Shown: piece by piece, positions 48,400 to 59,000 of the stretch
Position numbering within the stretch: position 1 is the stretch's first letter
Layout of the letters: the number at the start of each line of letters is the position of its first letter
Origin: Mustelus asterias
Taxonomy: Eukaryota
Direction of reading: 5' to 3'
Assembly (NCBI RefSeq): GCF_964213995.1
Contig: NW_027592264.1
Location: 1 to 59,000 of the forward strand
Length of the DNA: 59,000 nucleotides
Notes under the pieces: model-generated
Told to the model about the DNA's origin: nothing
The model's input: only the letters and a program-made list of their open reading frames with translations
Databases searched by the model: none
Made by a program: the position numbers and the translations under genes

Positions 48400-48870
48400 T
48401 TTACTCACAGATGTGGGTCACAGGAAGAAGGTTCAGTCTGTGTGAAGCTCAACCTCCTATGTCACAAAGCCCACCCACTGATTGGCTGGAGTACAAGAGT
48501 CCTTCCGGTCTGCCAGGGCTCCCGATTGGCCAGAACTCGGGAGAGGGGCATCAATGGATCTCTTTCCGGGGGGGGGGGGGGGGAGGGGGTGGAGAGGAGA
48601 CAGCGTCCGAGCCTGCGCACTGGAACCTCAGGACGTCACCGTGGAGCAGATTGATTCCTATTGGCTGCTTCAGGCTGGGCTCCATTGTGACGTCACAACG
48701 CGGAAGTTGGCCAATGAGCTTCAGAGTGAAACTCCCTCCTCTGGACAACATCTGGGAGGAAATCAATGTTTCCCCCTTTCCATTTCTTTTCTCATTCTGG
48801 GGGAAATTGGGAACTTGCAGCAACTGAAGGGAAAGGAAGTGAATCCTGGGAGACTGCAGACTCTGAAAAC
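48400..48870. promoter_or_regulatory. Promoter between divergent ZNF genes 5 and 6; inverted paralog of 21060-21650
   Basis: TTGTGACGTCACAA (48685-48698), CGGAAGT, CCAAT boxes; minus-strand donor GTGAGT at 48408-48403. Confidence 0.6.
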
Positions 48871-49316
48871 GTTACAGACGGACACCAGAATTAGGAGCAG
48901 GACTAGGCCCAGGTATCTTTTTCTTTCTCTCTCAAAGACATAGACAACCTTTAACTCCCTAAGTTTGACAGATTTATTTATCTGGATAATAGGATAGCCT
49001 CTTACCCAATGTTCACAATTAAAGGGGGAGTTTCCCAGGAGAGGGCTAATATTTAAATGAACAGTAAATTAGTATGGGACAGAGATATGTTTAACATAGT
49101 TATATGTTATATACTATGTTATTTATGATTCCCTATTTCTTGTCTTGGAATATATAGCACTTTGTCAATGTTACCTATTTGATTCGATTTATTATTGTCC
49201 CTTGTCCAAAAATGTGCGGATAAAAGCAAATTACTGCAGATGCTGGAATCTGAAACCAAAAGAGAAAATGCTGGAAAATCTCAGCAGGTCTGGCAGCATC
49301 TGTAAGGAGAGAAAAG

Positions 49317-49355
49317 AGCTGACGGTTCGAGTCCAGATGACCCTTTGTCAAAGCT
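49317..49355 (-). ncRNA. Variant hammerhead motif with U3-A8 core
   Basis: AGCU-UUGACAA-A-GGGUC/AUCUG/GACUC-GAA-CCGU-C-AGCU (A15.1 mutated in this copy). Confidence 0.6.
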
Positions 49356-49683
49356 AAAAGGCATAGAAAGTGGGAGATATTTAAGCTGCAGGGTGAGGGA
49401 CTGAAAGATGAGTCATAGCCACAAAAACCAGGGGAAAAGGCTGCTAATGGCTCTGAGAGAATAAAGGGTGTGAATGGCCTGATGGCAGAGAAGCTGAAAT
49501 CAGCGGGTAAGCTGTGACAGATGAAGATGTGGGGGGCGGGGGGGGGGGGGGGGGGTTGGAGGAAGAATGGGTGGGAGAGAGGTAATATTTAAGGAAAGGG
49601 GAAGCAAAGGAGTTTCTGTGGCTATGACTCATCTTTCATTCCCTCACCCTGCGTATAAATATCTCCCACTTTCTATGCTTTTT

Positions 49684-49722
49684 AGCTTTGACAAAGTGTC
49701 ATCTGGGCTCGAAATGTCAGCT
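49684..49722 (+). ncRNA. Variant hammerhead motif with U3-A8 core
   Basis: AGCU-UUGACAA-A-GUGUC/AUCUG/GGCUC-GAA-AUGU-C-AGCU. Confidence 0.6.
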
Positions 49723-49784
49723 CTTTTCTCTCCTTACAGATGCTGCCAGACCTGCCGAGATTTTCCAGCATTTTCTCTTTTGGT

Positions 49785-49950
49785 TCCAAAGATGTGTGGG
49801 TTAGGTTGATTGACCATAATAAATTGACCATAGTGTCGGGGGATTAGCAGGGTAAATGTGTGGGGTTGTGGGAATAGGGCCTGGGTGGGATTGTGGTTGG
49901 TACAGACTCGGTGGCCGAATGGCCTCCTTCTGCACTGTAGGGATTCTATT
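49785..49950 (+). mobile_element. HE1-like SINE 3' half
   Basis: AAAGATGTGTGGGTTAGG..GGCCGAATGGCCTCCTTCTGCACTGTAGGGATTCTAT. Confidence 0.8.
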
Positions 49951-50899
49951 CTTGGATTAGTGTATAATGAAAAGTATTGTTTTTTGCGTGCTATACAGGC
50001 GAAGCATACTGTACATAGAAAAGGAAAGGAGAGGTAGAGTATGTAGTGTTACAGTCATGCAAAATTACAGCATAGAAGGAATCCATTTGGCAACTCAAAT
50101 CCATGGCAACTCTCTGCAGAGCAATTCAGTCAGTTCCATTCTCTCTCTATATCCTCATTCTCCTGAGTTTCATGTCACAAATAGGCAGTCTTGATGATGA
50201 TGATATGTGGCTGGAAGCTCATCTTGGGGTGAAATATTTCACCCCAAGACAGTTGCTAGGAAGAGGGGTAGATTTGGTGGTGAGAGAGTGGAATTTGTAG
50301 TGGGAACTGAACTCAATGGGTTCAGTCTTCCCAGTATTTATATGGAAGAATTTTCTGTTCTTTTAGTACTGGATGTCAGACAAGTCAGGATGGTGTGTGA
50401 GTTAAAAGCGAACTTGGAGGTGATGGTGTTCACATCTACCTGCTACCTTGGTCCTTATAGGTGATGGAGATTGAGAGTTTGGGAGATTCTGTCAAAGTTC
50501 CCGTCGAGTTATAGATGTTTGAAATCCCTCTTCTTCACCACTGCCTCTCCCACTTCTCTCTGTCACCTCACACAGTGCCCAGATTCTTGTGTAGACCCAG
50601 ACCAGGTGGCACATACCCTTCCCTGAAGGACCTTAGTGACTCAGTTGGGTTTTTATGACAATTCAGCAGCTTTTATGTTTACCCTTTCCTCACTCCGGTC
50701 CCACAAAATACCAGATTCATTCAGCTCAATTTCACAACTTGCCTTTGTGTTTTTGTGGGTTCTCTCTCACTCCCTTTTTGCTGTTTTAAATCAGTTTGAT
50801 TTAGAAGAGGAGGATTTGCAGTGGGGAAACGCAAACCAAACGTGGTATCAGAACCTGATGGAGTTGGCCAAGTTATTGTAACCTGAATATCATTGTGTT

Positions 50900-51607
50900 T
50901 TGAATATAGAAGAAAACAGCGCCATCCACAGTGGAGAGAAACTGTACACGTGTTGTGTGTGTGGACAAGACTTCAACCAATCATCCAGCCTTTCGGAACA
51001 TAATTACAGTCACAACAAGGAGATGGCATGGCAATGTGAGGACTGTGGGAAGGGATTCAAATACCCATCGCAGCTGGAAACTCATCGACGCCGTCACACT
51101 GGGGAGAGGCCATTCACCTGCTCCCGATGCGGGAGGGGATTCATTCAGTCATCCAGCTTGCGTATACACCAAAGGATTCACACTAAGGAGAGACCATTCA
51201 GCTGCTGTGTGTGCGGGAAGGGATTCAATCAGTCATTCAACCTAGCATTACACAAGCGAGTTCACACTGGGGAGAGGCCGTTCACTTGCTCCCAGTGTGG
51301 GAAGAGATTCAGTCAGTCAGCCAACCTAGCAAAACACCGGCGAATTCACACTGAGGCCAGACCATTCACCTGCTCTGTGTGTGGGAAGAAATTCAAGGAG
51401 TCATCCAACCTAGCAAAACACCAGCGAGTTCACACTGGGGAGAGGCCATTCGTCTGTTCCCAGTGTGGGAAGGGATTTACTCACTCAGCCAATCTGCTGA
51501 GACACCAACGAATTCACACTGGAGAGAAGCCATTCATCTGCTGTGTGTGTGGGAAGGGATTCAGTCAGTCGTCCACTCTGCTGACACATCAGCGAATTCA
51601 TAAGTAA
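50900..51607 (+). CDS. C2H2 zinc-finger protein, 7-8 fingers (ZNF gene 6); first in-frame ATG 51023
   Basis: C2H2 repeats; ORF track start is TTG; in-frame TAA at 50879 separates it from an upstream ATG at 50858. Confidence 0.85.
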   Translation: MNIEENSAIHSGEKLYTCCVCGQDFNQSSSLSEHNYSHNKEMAWQCEDCGKGFKYPSQLETHRRRHTGERPFTCSRCGRGFIQSSSLRIHQRIHTKERPFSCCVCGKGFNQSFNLALHKRVHTGERPFTCSQCGKRFSQSANLAKHRRIHTEARPFTCSVCGKKFKESSNLAKHQRVHTGERPFVCSQCGKGFTHSANLLRHQRIHTGEKPFICCVCGKGFSQSSTLLTHQRIHK

Positions 51608-51704
51608 TTATTGTGATTGGATTTTGCTGTTTTTCATATTCAGACTGAACCACATTCATTTGAGTCTATTTCTGCTGAATTGAAAAATAACCCCAGCTCT
51701 GTTA

Positions 51705-54140
51705 CATAGAAACATGCATAGAAAATAGAATCAGGAATAGGCCATTCGGCCCTTCAAGCCTGCTCCACCATTCATTATTATCATGGCTGATCATCAAAAT
51801 CAATATCCTGATCCTGCCTCTTCTCCCCCACCCCTCCTCATCCATATCCCTTGATACCTTTAGCCCCAAGAGCCAAATCTACTTCCTTCCTGAAATCCTT
51901 CGAGGAGCAGTGCTCCGAAAGCTTATGGCTTTTGCTACCAAATAAACCTGTTGGACTTTAACCTGGTGTTGTGAGACTTCTTACTAGATGGAATTTAACA
52001 CAGACAAACGTGAGGTGATGTAATTTGGAAGGTCTACTGCAGAAGGAAAGTATACAGTAAATGCTAGAGTCCTTAGAAATGTTGGCGTACAGAGGGATTT
52101 AAGTGTGCAGATCCACAGTACCCTGAACGTGGCAACTCAGGTGGACAAAGTGGTCAAGAGGGCGAATCGCATGCTGGTCTTAAATCGGTCGAGACGCTGA
52201 GTATAAGAATTGGGAAAACATGTTGCAGCTGTATAAGACTTTGGTTATGCTGACCCTAGCAACTTCCCTACTACCTACATTAGGCTCAGTAGTCTATAGT
52301 TCCCCATTTTCTCGCTTCCTCCCTTTTTGAATCATGGGATATTCTTTTGTGAATTCAGAAGCAAAGTACGAATTTAGTTCCTCAGCCACTTCTTTATTCC
52401 CCGTTATGAATTCTCCTGTTTCTGACTGTAAAGGGCCTACATTCGTTTTGTCAACCTTTTTCTCTTTACATACCTATAGAACCTTTTACACTCAGTTTTT
52501 ATGTTCCCCACTAGCTTACTTTCATATTCTAATTTCTCCTTCTGAACCAATTCCTTGGTCCTCCTTTGCTGTATTGTAAACTGCTCCCAATCCTCAGGTC
52601 TTTTGCTTTTTCTTGCCAATTTTTATGCTTCTTCTTGGAATCTAATGCTCTCTCTAATTTCCCTTGGAAGCAATGGTTTGGCTACAGTTCCTTTTCCACT
52701 CTTGTGCCAAATAGGAGTAAACAACTTTAAGTTCACCTACTTGTTCCTTAAATGCCTACCGTGGGTGGCACAGTGGCATAGTGGTTCGCAATGCTGCCGG
52801 GTTCAATTCCTGGCTTGGGTCACTGTCTCTGTGGAGTTTGCATGTTCTCCCCGTGTCCACGTGGGTTTCCTCCGGGTGCTCCGGTTTCCTCCCAAATTCT
52901 GAAAGACGTGTTGTTAGATGCATTGACCCGAACAGGCGCCGGACTGTGGCGACGAGGGGAATTTCACAGTAACTTCATTGCAGTGTTAATGTCAGCCTTA
53001 CTTGTGACTAATAAACTTTAACATTGTCTGTCCACTGTCCTTCCTTTCAGTCATGTTTCCCAGTCCATCATAGCCAATTCATGCCTCAATCCATTATAGT
53101 TACCTTTACTGAAATTCAGGACTCTGGTGTCAGAATCAACTACATCATTATCCACTTTGACAAAGAATTCTATCATATTATGGTTGCTCATCCCCAAGGG
53201 TTCTCTCACAACTAGATTGTCAATCCTTTCTCATTGCACAATACCCAGTTCAAGATGGCATGCTCCCTTAGCTCCTCAAAAGTATTGGGCCAGAAGACCA
53301 CTCCAAAAATTCCTCCTCTATTGTAATGTGATTAATTTGATCACCCAATCTGTATGCAGATTAAAGTCACCTATAATCACAGATATTTATTTAACACATG
53401 CATCTCTGATTTCCTGTCTAATGCTTTTCCCAACATTACCATTAATTTGGTAGTCTGTATACCACACCCACAAATGTTTTTTGCCCCTTGGTGTGGCTTA
53501 ACTTGACCCATACATATTCCACATATCATCCTTAATTAACAATGCAACTCCACCATGTTTTTGTTTATGTCTGTCCTTCCTAAACACTGAATAGCCCTCA
53601 ATGTTTAGTTCCCATCCTTGGTCACCTTGGAGCTATGTCTCTGTAGTCCCAACTGTATTATACCCCTTTACATCTAACTGTGCAACAAATTCATCCATTT
53701 TATTTTGAATGCTCCAAGCGTTCATGTACAAAACCTTCAGGCTAGTCCTTTTAACATTTGTTGTCCAGTTCCTACCATTTTTTACTGTGTCCGTATCTGA
53801 TTCTGGCTCTCAATTCTCTGCCTATCACTTTTCTTATTCTTCTTGCTGTCTTTTTCTCTTGTTCTTGGTACCCTCTGCTCTGAATCCTTACATAGGTTTC
53901 CATCTCCCTGCCATTTTAGTTTAAACCTTCTCAATGACTCAACAAGTACACCCCCAACCCCCCAAGCACATCAGTCCTGGCCCTGTCCAGTTTGTACTGG
54001 TCCCACCTTCCCCAGAACCAGTCGCAATGTCCCAGGAATCTGAAACCCTGCCTCTCACATCATCTTTTCAGCCAGGTATTCACCCAATATATCCTGCTGT
54101 TTCGACTCTGAATAGTACATGGCACTGGGAGTAATCCTGA
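51705..54140. mobile_element. Nested CR1 fragments with Penelope terminal repeat (51901-51985, truncated hammerhead) and SINE (52760-53022)
   Basis: CR1 tail minus 51705-51900; GGAGCAGTGCTCCGAAAGCTTATGG; CR1 plus 51986-52250; degenerate CR1 minus 52255-54140. Confidence 0.75.
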
Positions 54141-54492
54141 GATAATGTTAATATAGTCAGTCTTAGAGGATTTGTGGCCAGGAAACTCTCACAAAACATC
54201 AGATCAGGCTTGGATGTAGCCACAGAATTTATCATAACCTGAAAAGTAGAAAGTTTTGAACATGGAAGAAATCAGCACCATTGATAACCACAGTCACAGT
54301 TGGCAGAAACCATGGAAATGTGGAGAGTATAAAGAGATATTCAATTAACCGTCAGAGCTGGAAACCACACTGGGGAAATGCCCTTTACCTGCTCTGAGTA
54401 CGGCAAGGGATCATTCAGTCTTCTCAGCTTGTTAGACACCAGTGGGTTTAAACTGGGGAGAGGTCATTTATCTGCTTCAAGTGTGAGAAGCG

Positions 54493-55160
54493 TGATGATA
54501 GTATTGCAGTGGGTGTATGTTTTTCTGCTGAGGGGGAATGTTTAAAAATCCAGCTTTATTCTGCAGGTATCTGGTGTGTCTGTGTCTCTCAAGGGTTGTG
54601 AAAGCTGGGAATCAGTTACTTTGATAGAGCTGATGGGCTTTTGTTTAAACAAGACATTCCTCTGGGATTTCTAGATTTGATTGACAGGTCATGTGATAGT
54701 GGGTCTTTGCAGGAAGAAGCTTTTGCAGTTCTAATCGTTTGAAGATAGAGGGTTTCTACAAGCTGCTCTGAGACTTGTTGTCTTTCTGAAAGCTTTAAGA
54801 CTATCTACACTCAACTATATTTATGGTTACTAACTATATTTAAAGTGGCACTTACAACTATAAGAGTAATGTTGCTTATTTGGAACTGAAATAGTGATAA
54901 GTTAGAAATTAAGATTGTTTCTTTGCATTTTTAAATGTTGTTCAACTGTTAATGATTAAGCTGATTCATTTGTTAGAGTTATATTTAAACTGTGATATTA
55001 AATAAAGTTAGCTTTACTATGAAAGATCCCTAATTTGTCAGTGGAATTTCTCCTCGTCAGAAGCATCCTATCCTCACATTTATGCCAAAATAAAAAAATT
55101 GCTGGGGTCTAGCCTGGCTTCCGAATGTAATTTAGGGGCTCCGGGTCCAGGACCCTAACA
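54493..55160 (+). mobile_element. Solo LTR (668 bp)
   Basis: TG...CA termini, AATAAA at 55001, 6-bp TSD GAAGCG/GAAGGG (1 mismatch) splitting a finger. Confidence 0.75.
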
Positions 55161-55260
55161 GAAGGGATTCACTCACCCACCCTGTAAACACCCCCAGTTT
55201 CATACTGAGTAGAAGAGACCTTAAAAATGCCCAGACTGTGGGAGCTGCTATAAAAGTTTT

Positions 55261-55573
55261 ATAGAATCTTTACATTGCAGAAGGAGGCCATTTGGCCCAT
55301 TGAGTCTGACCACAATCCCGCCCAGGCCCTATTCCCCACACCCCACATATTTATCCTGCTAATTCCCCTGACACTCGGGCCAATTTAGCATGGCTAATCA
55401 AACAAACCTGCACATCTTTGGACTGCGGGAGGAAACTGGAGCACCCGGAGGAAACCCATGCACACATGGGGAGAATGTGCAAACTCCACACAGACAGACG
55501 CAATGGGCAGAATTAAACCCAGATCCCTGGCGCTATGTGGCAGCAGTGCTAACCATTGTGTCACCGTGCCACC
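55261..55573 (-). mobile_element. HE1-like SINE
   Basis: GGTGGCACGGTGACACAATGGTTAGC head, body and tail. Confidence 0.85.
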
Positions 55574-56279
55574 CCAAAATTGTGGATTACTAATGTCTCA
55601 TCAAGGTTTTAACACTGATGAGAGACTGGGTTCAGGGGATCATTTCAACTCACTGTATACCTCGTTCACATTGGGGAGGGGCTGTTCACCTGCTTTGAGT
55701 TTGGGAAAATATTCACCGTTTTGAGGTGGGATTTGCAGTGTCTAGTTTTGGGGTCACTGTGGATAGTTTTCTCTGACTTACCGTTACCTGTTTAAAGATG
55801 AAGAAGGAGTTTTAAGAAGGACACAACAGTAACTCTCATCCTGTTCAACGTGAAACTAATCTCACTGTTAATTCCTCCTCAGTTACAATTTTAAACACAA
55901 AGTTTGCAGGCAGGATTGAAGTGGGGACTTTCTCCTGTAAAACTGCAGTGAGAAGGAGTGCCTGAGGGAAATGAGTGTGAATCCCCCAGCCCCGGACAGA
56001 GGGAACTGACCATCCATCTCCAGCTCTAATTCCAGTTTGAAAAGCAACCCTCTACCACCACCTTCTGTCTTCTACCAGCAAGCCAATTTTGTATTCAATT
56101 TTTGATTTGATTTATTATTATCACATGTATTAGTATACAGTGAAAAGTATTGTTTCTTGCACGCTGTACAAAGTATACCATTCATAGAGAAGGAAACGAG
56201 AGAGTGCAGAATGTAGTGTTAGTCATAGCGAGGGTGTAGAGAAAGATCAATTTAGTGCAAGGTAGGTCCATTTATAAGT

Positions 56280-57490
56280 CTGGCTAGTTCTCCATGGATC
56301 CCATGTGATCTAACCTTAACTGGCCAGTCTACCATAGGTACCTTGTCGAAGGCCTTGCTGAAGTCCATGTAGACAACATCTACTGCACCGTCCTCATCTA
56401 TTTGTTTTTGGTCACCCTTTCAAAAAGCTCTGTTAAATTTTTAAGACACAATTTCCCGTGCACAAAGCGATGCTGACAATCCGTAATCAGCCTTTGTCTT
56501 TCCAAATGCATGTAGATCCTGTCTCTCAGACTACCGTCCAACAACTTACCCACCACTGACGTTAGGTTCACCGGTCTGTAGTTCCCTGGCTTTTCCCTGC
56601 TGCCTTTCTCAAATAGCTGTAACATTTGCCTCTCTCCAGTCTTCTGGCACCTCACCCGTGGTTGTTGATGATACAAATATATACGCTAGGGGGCGCCACA
56701 ATTTTTTCCCCAGCTTCCCACAATGTCCTGGGATGCGCTTGATCAGGTCCTTGAGATTTATCTACCTTTATGTGTTTTAAAACTTCCAGCACCTTGTCTT
56801 CTGTAATGTGGGCGCCATTGAAGACATCACTATTTACATCCCTGAATTCCCAAGTTTTCATGTCTTTCTTCAGGGTAAATACTGATGAGAAATATTCCAT
56901 TAGGATCTCACCCATCTCCTGTGGCTTCACACATAAATGACCTTGTTGATCTTTAAGGGGCCTATTCTCTCCCTAGTTACTCTTTTGCCCTTAATATACT
57001 TGTAGAATCTCTTTGGATTTTCTTTTACCTTATCTGCCAAAGCTATCTCCTGTTCCCTTTTTGCCTTCCTGATTTCCATTTTAAGTGGACTTCTGCACTC
57101 CCGATACTCCTCAAGGGGTTCACTTGGCCCCAGCTGCCTGTACCTGACATATGCTTCCTTCTTTTTATTGACCAGAATCTCAGTATCTCTCGTCTTCGAG
57201 TGTTTCCTTCTCCTGGCGGTCTTGTCCTTTATACTAATAGGAATGTGCTGGTCCTGAACTCTCGCTATCTCGCTTCTGAAAGCATCCCACATTCCAGACG
57301 TTCCTTGACCTGTGAACAGCCTTCCCCAATCAGCTTGTGAAAGTTCCTGTACAATCCCATCAAAATTGGCCAAGCCCCAATTTAGAACTTTAACTTGTGG
57401 ACCAGACCTATCCTTTTCCATAACTATGTTAAAACTAATCGAATTATGGTCATTGATCCCAAAGTGCTCCCCAGTAACACTTCAGTCACT
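56280..57490 (-). mobile_element. CR1 LINE internal fragment
   Basis: KENPKRFYKYIKGK; EYFSSVFT; PGNYRPVNLTSVVGK; MDFSKAFDKV. Confidence 0.85.
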
Positions 57491-57792
57491 TGCTGCTTTA
57501 CATCCTGGTTACTTGTTCGTATGTATATTTCCTCAACTTCATATCACAACAAGGACATCAATTTGTCTCTTTTCTTGGGGAAATCAACAATAAATAAACT
57601 TTGAAACTTTAAACTTTTACCCAACACACACTGTCAAAACGCTGTTAGACTTAACACTATAAGAAAATATTAACTCCAGTGCAGTCACAGGAATTATTAA
57701 CATCATGAAAAGAATGAGCCCTGTCAGAATGAACATAGTCCAGTCCCGGATGTGATTAACAGGAGCAATAATAGCAGAATCCAACCCTGCAG

Positions 57793-58731
57793 TCACTCGT
57801 GAACTCGCTGGTGTCTCAGTAGGTGATAGGACTGAGTAAATCCCTTCCCACACTGGGAGCAGATGAACGGCCTCTCTCCAGTGTGAATTCGCTGGTGTCT
57901 CAGCAGTTGGAATGACTGAATGAATCCTATCCCACACTCAGAGCAGATGAAAGGCCTCTCTGTAGAGTGAACACGCTGGTGTCTCAGGAGGAGAGCTGAC
58001 TGAGTGAATCCCTTACCACAGATGAAACAGATGAATGGGTTCTCCGCAGAGTGAATTTGTTGATGTCTCTGCAAGCTGCACGACCGACTGAATCGCTTTC
58101 CACATTTAGTGCAAGGGAACGGTCTCTCCTCGGTATGAACTCGCTGGTGTCGCAGGAGACTGAATGATCGAGTGAATCCCTTACTGCACACAGAACAGGA
58201 GAATGGGCTCTGACTAGAGTGAATGTATTGGTGTCTCCGTAGATTCCTTGTGCTTTTGAAGCTCTTACCACAGTCCGAACATTTAAAAAGTCTCTTATCA
58301 GTGTGAACAAGCTGATGAGATGTGAGATTAGTTAAACTGGTGAATCCCTTCCCACACACAGAGCAGCTAAATGGTCTCTCCCCAGTGTGAACTTGCTGAT
58401 GTACAGTGAGGTGAGATGACTGAGTGAATCCCATGCCACATTGGGAGCAGGTGAACGGCCTCGCCCCAGTGTAAACACGCTGGTGTCTCAGCAGGGTGGA
58501 TGTCCGAGCAAATCCCTTCCCACACTTGAAGCAAGTGAATGGTCTCTCGCCAATGTGACCACGTCGATGAGTTTCCAGATCTGATGGGGATCTGATCACT
58601 TTACCACAGTCCCCACATTTCAGTGGCCTGTGTGTGATGTTGACTCCAGTGTGAGTGCATCGATGATATTCCAGCCGGGATGGATAATTAAATCCCTTCC
58701 CACAGTCCCCACATTTCCACGGTTTCTCCAT
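57793..58731 (-). CDS. C2H2 zinc-finger protein, 11 fingers (finger 3 HQRVY) (ZNF gene 7)
   Basis: 312-aa ORF, ACCATGG start MEKPWKC; promoter lies beyond window end. Confidence 0.9.
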   Translation of the reverse strand: MEKPWKCGDCGKGFNYPSRLEYHRCTHTGVNITHRPLKCGDCGKVIRSPSDLETHRRGHIGERPFTCFKCGKGFARTSTLLRHQRVYTGARPFTCSQCGMGFTQSSHLTVHQQVHTGERPFSCSVCGKGFTSLTNLTSHQLVHTDKRLFKCSDCGKSFKSTRNLRRHQYIHSSQSPFSCSVCSKGFTRSFSLLRHQRVHTEERPFPCTKCGKRFSRSCSLQRHQQIHSAENPFICFICGKGFTQSALLLRHQRVHSTERPFICSECGIGFIQSFQLLRHQRIHTGERPFICSQCGKGFTQSYHLLRHQRVHE

Positions 58732-59000
58732 GGTGCTGGTGTCCTTGTGTCTCTCCAGGTTGCACGATCAGTTGAAGCTTCATCCACACACAGAACACAT
58801 GTACAGTTTCTCCTCGCTGTGAATAGTGTGATGTTTTATCAGGCTGTGTTACTGGTTGAAGCTCCTTCCAGTCAGTTCACTGGAACACTCTCATTCGGGT
58901 GTGTGTGTCTCGGTGCTTTTCCAGTCACAGTGATGTTTGAAATCTTTTCCCACAGACAGAACAGACATTCTCCTCCTTCCACAGTGTAAGGTTGATGATA

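Larger units (their letters stand above)
49221..49786. mobile_element. Penelope-type family 2 insertion with long inverted arms, inserted into a SINE
   Basis: Left arm ~49255-49430 is reverse complement of ~49613-49786; TSD-like TCCAAA(A/G)ATGTG(C/T)GG at 49205-49219 and 49785-49799. Confidence 0.75.
54165..55720 (+). pseudogene. ZNF pseudogene interrupted by a solo LTR and a SINE
   Basis: AAACCATGGAAATGTGGAGAG..CACACTGGGGA..; frameshifts and stops; finger resumes GAAGGGATTCACTC after LTR. Confidence 0.75.

Overview
Eukaryotic, repeat-rich vertebrate DNA, most likely from a shark or other cartilaginous fish (HE1-type tRNA SINEs, CR1/HER1-type LINEs, Penelope-like elements). The window is a cluster of seven tandem C2H2 zinc-finger (ZNF) genes with no recognisable KRAB/SCAN domain (7-12 fingers each, whole array in one exon), plus ZNF pseudogene remnants. 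CpG-rich promoter/first-exon modules (CRE, NRF1, CCAAT, ETS motifs) are copied between genes. Between the genes lie CR1 LINEs, SINEs, Penelope-like (GIY-YIG) retroelements, LTR remnants and two minisatellites. The most notable signals are: (i) many minimal hammerhead-ribozyme motifs in Penelope terminal repeats, including a second family with a compensatory U3-A8 core (UUGACAA); (ii) one hammerhead positioned in a ZNF 3' UTR just before the first AATAAA; (iii) a Penelope/U2-snRNA-like chimera inside a single 12-bp TSD; (iv) ZNF start codons located in a finger linker exactly 39 nt after a shared in-frame stop, with one 12-finger ORF lacking any AUG; (v) a ~220-bp duplication flanking a CR1; (vi) tandem symmetric 102-nt exon-like units of an unidentified minus-strand gene. 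All calls were made by eye, and repeat boundaries are approximate.
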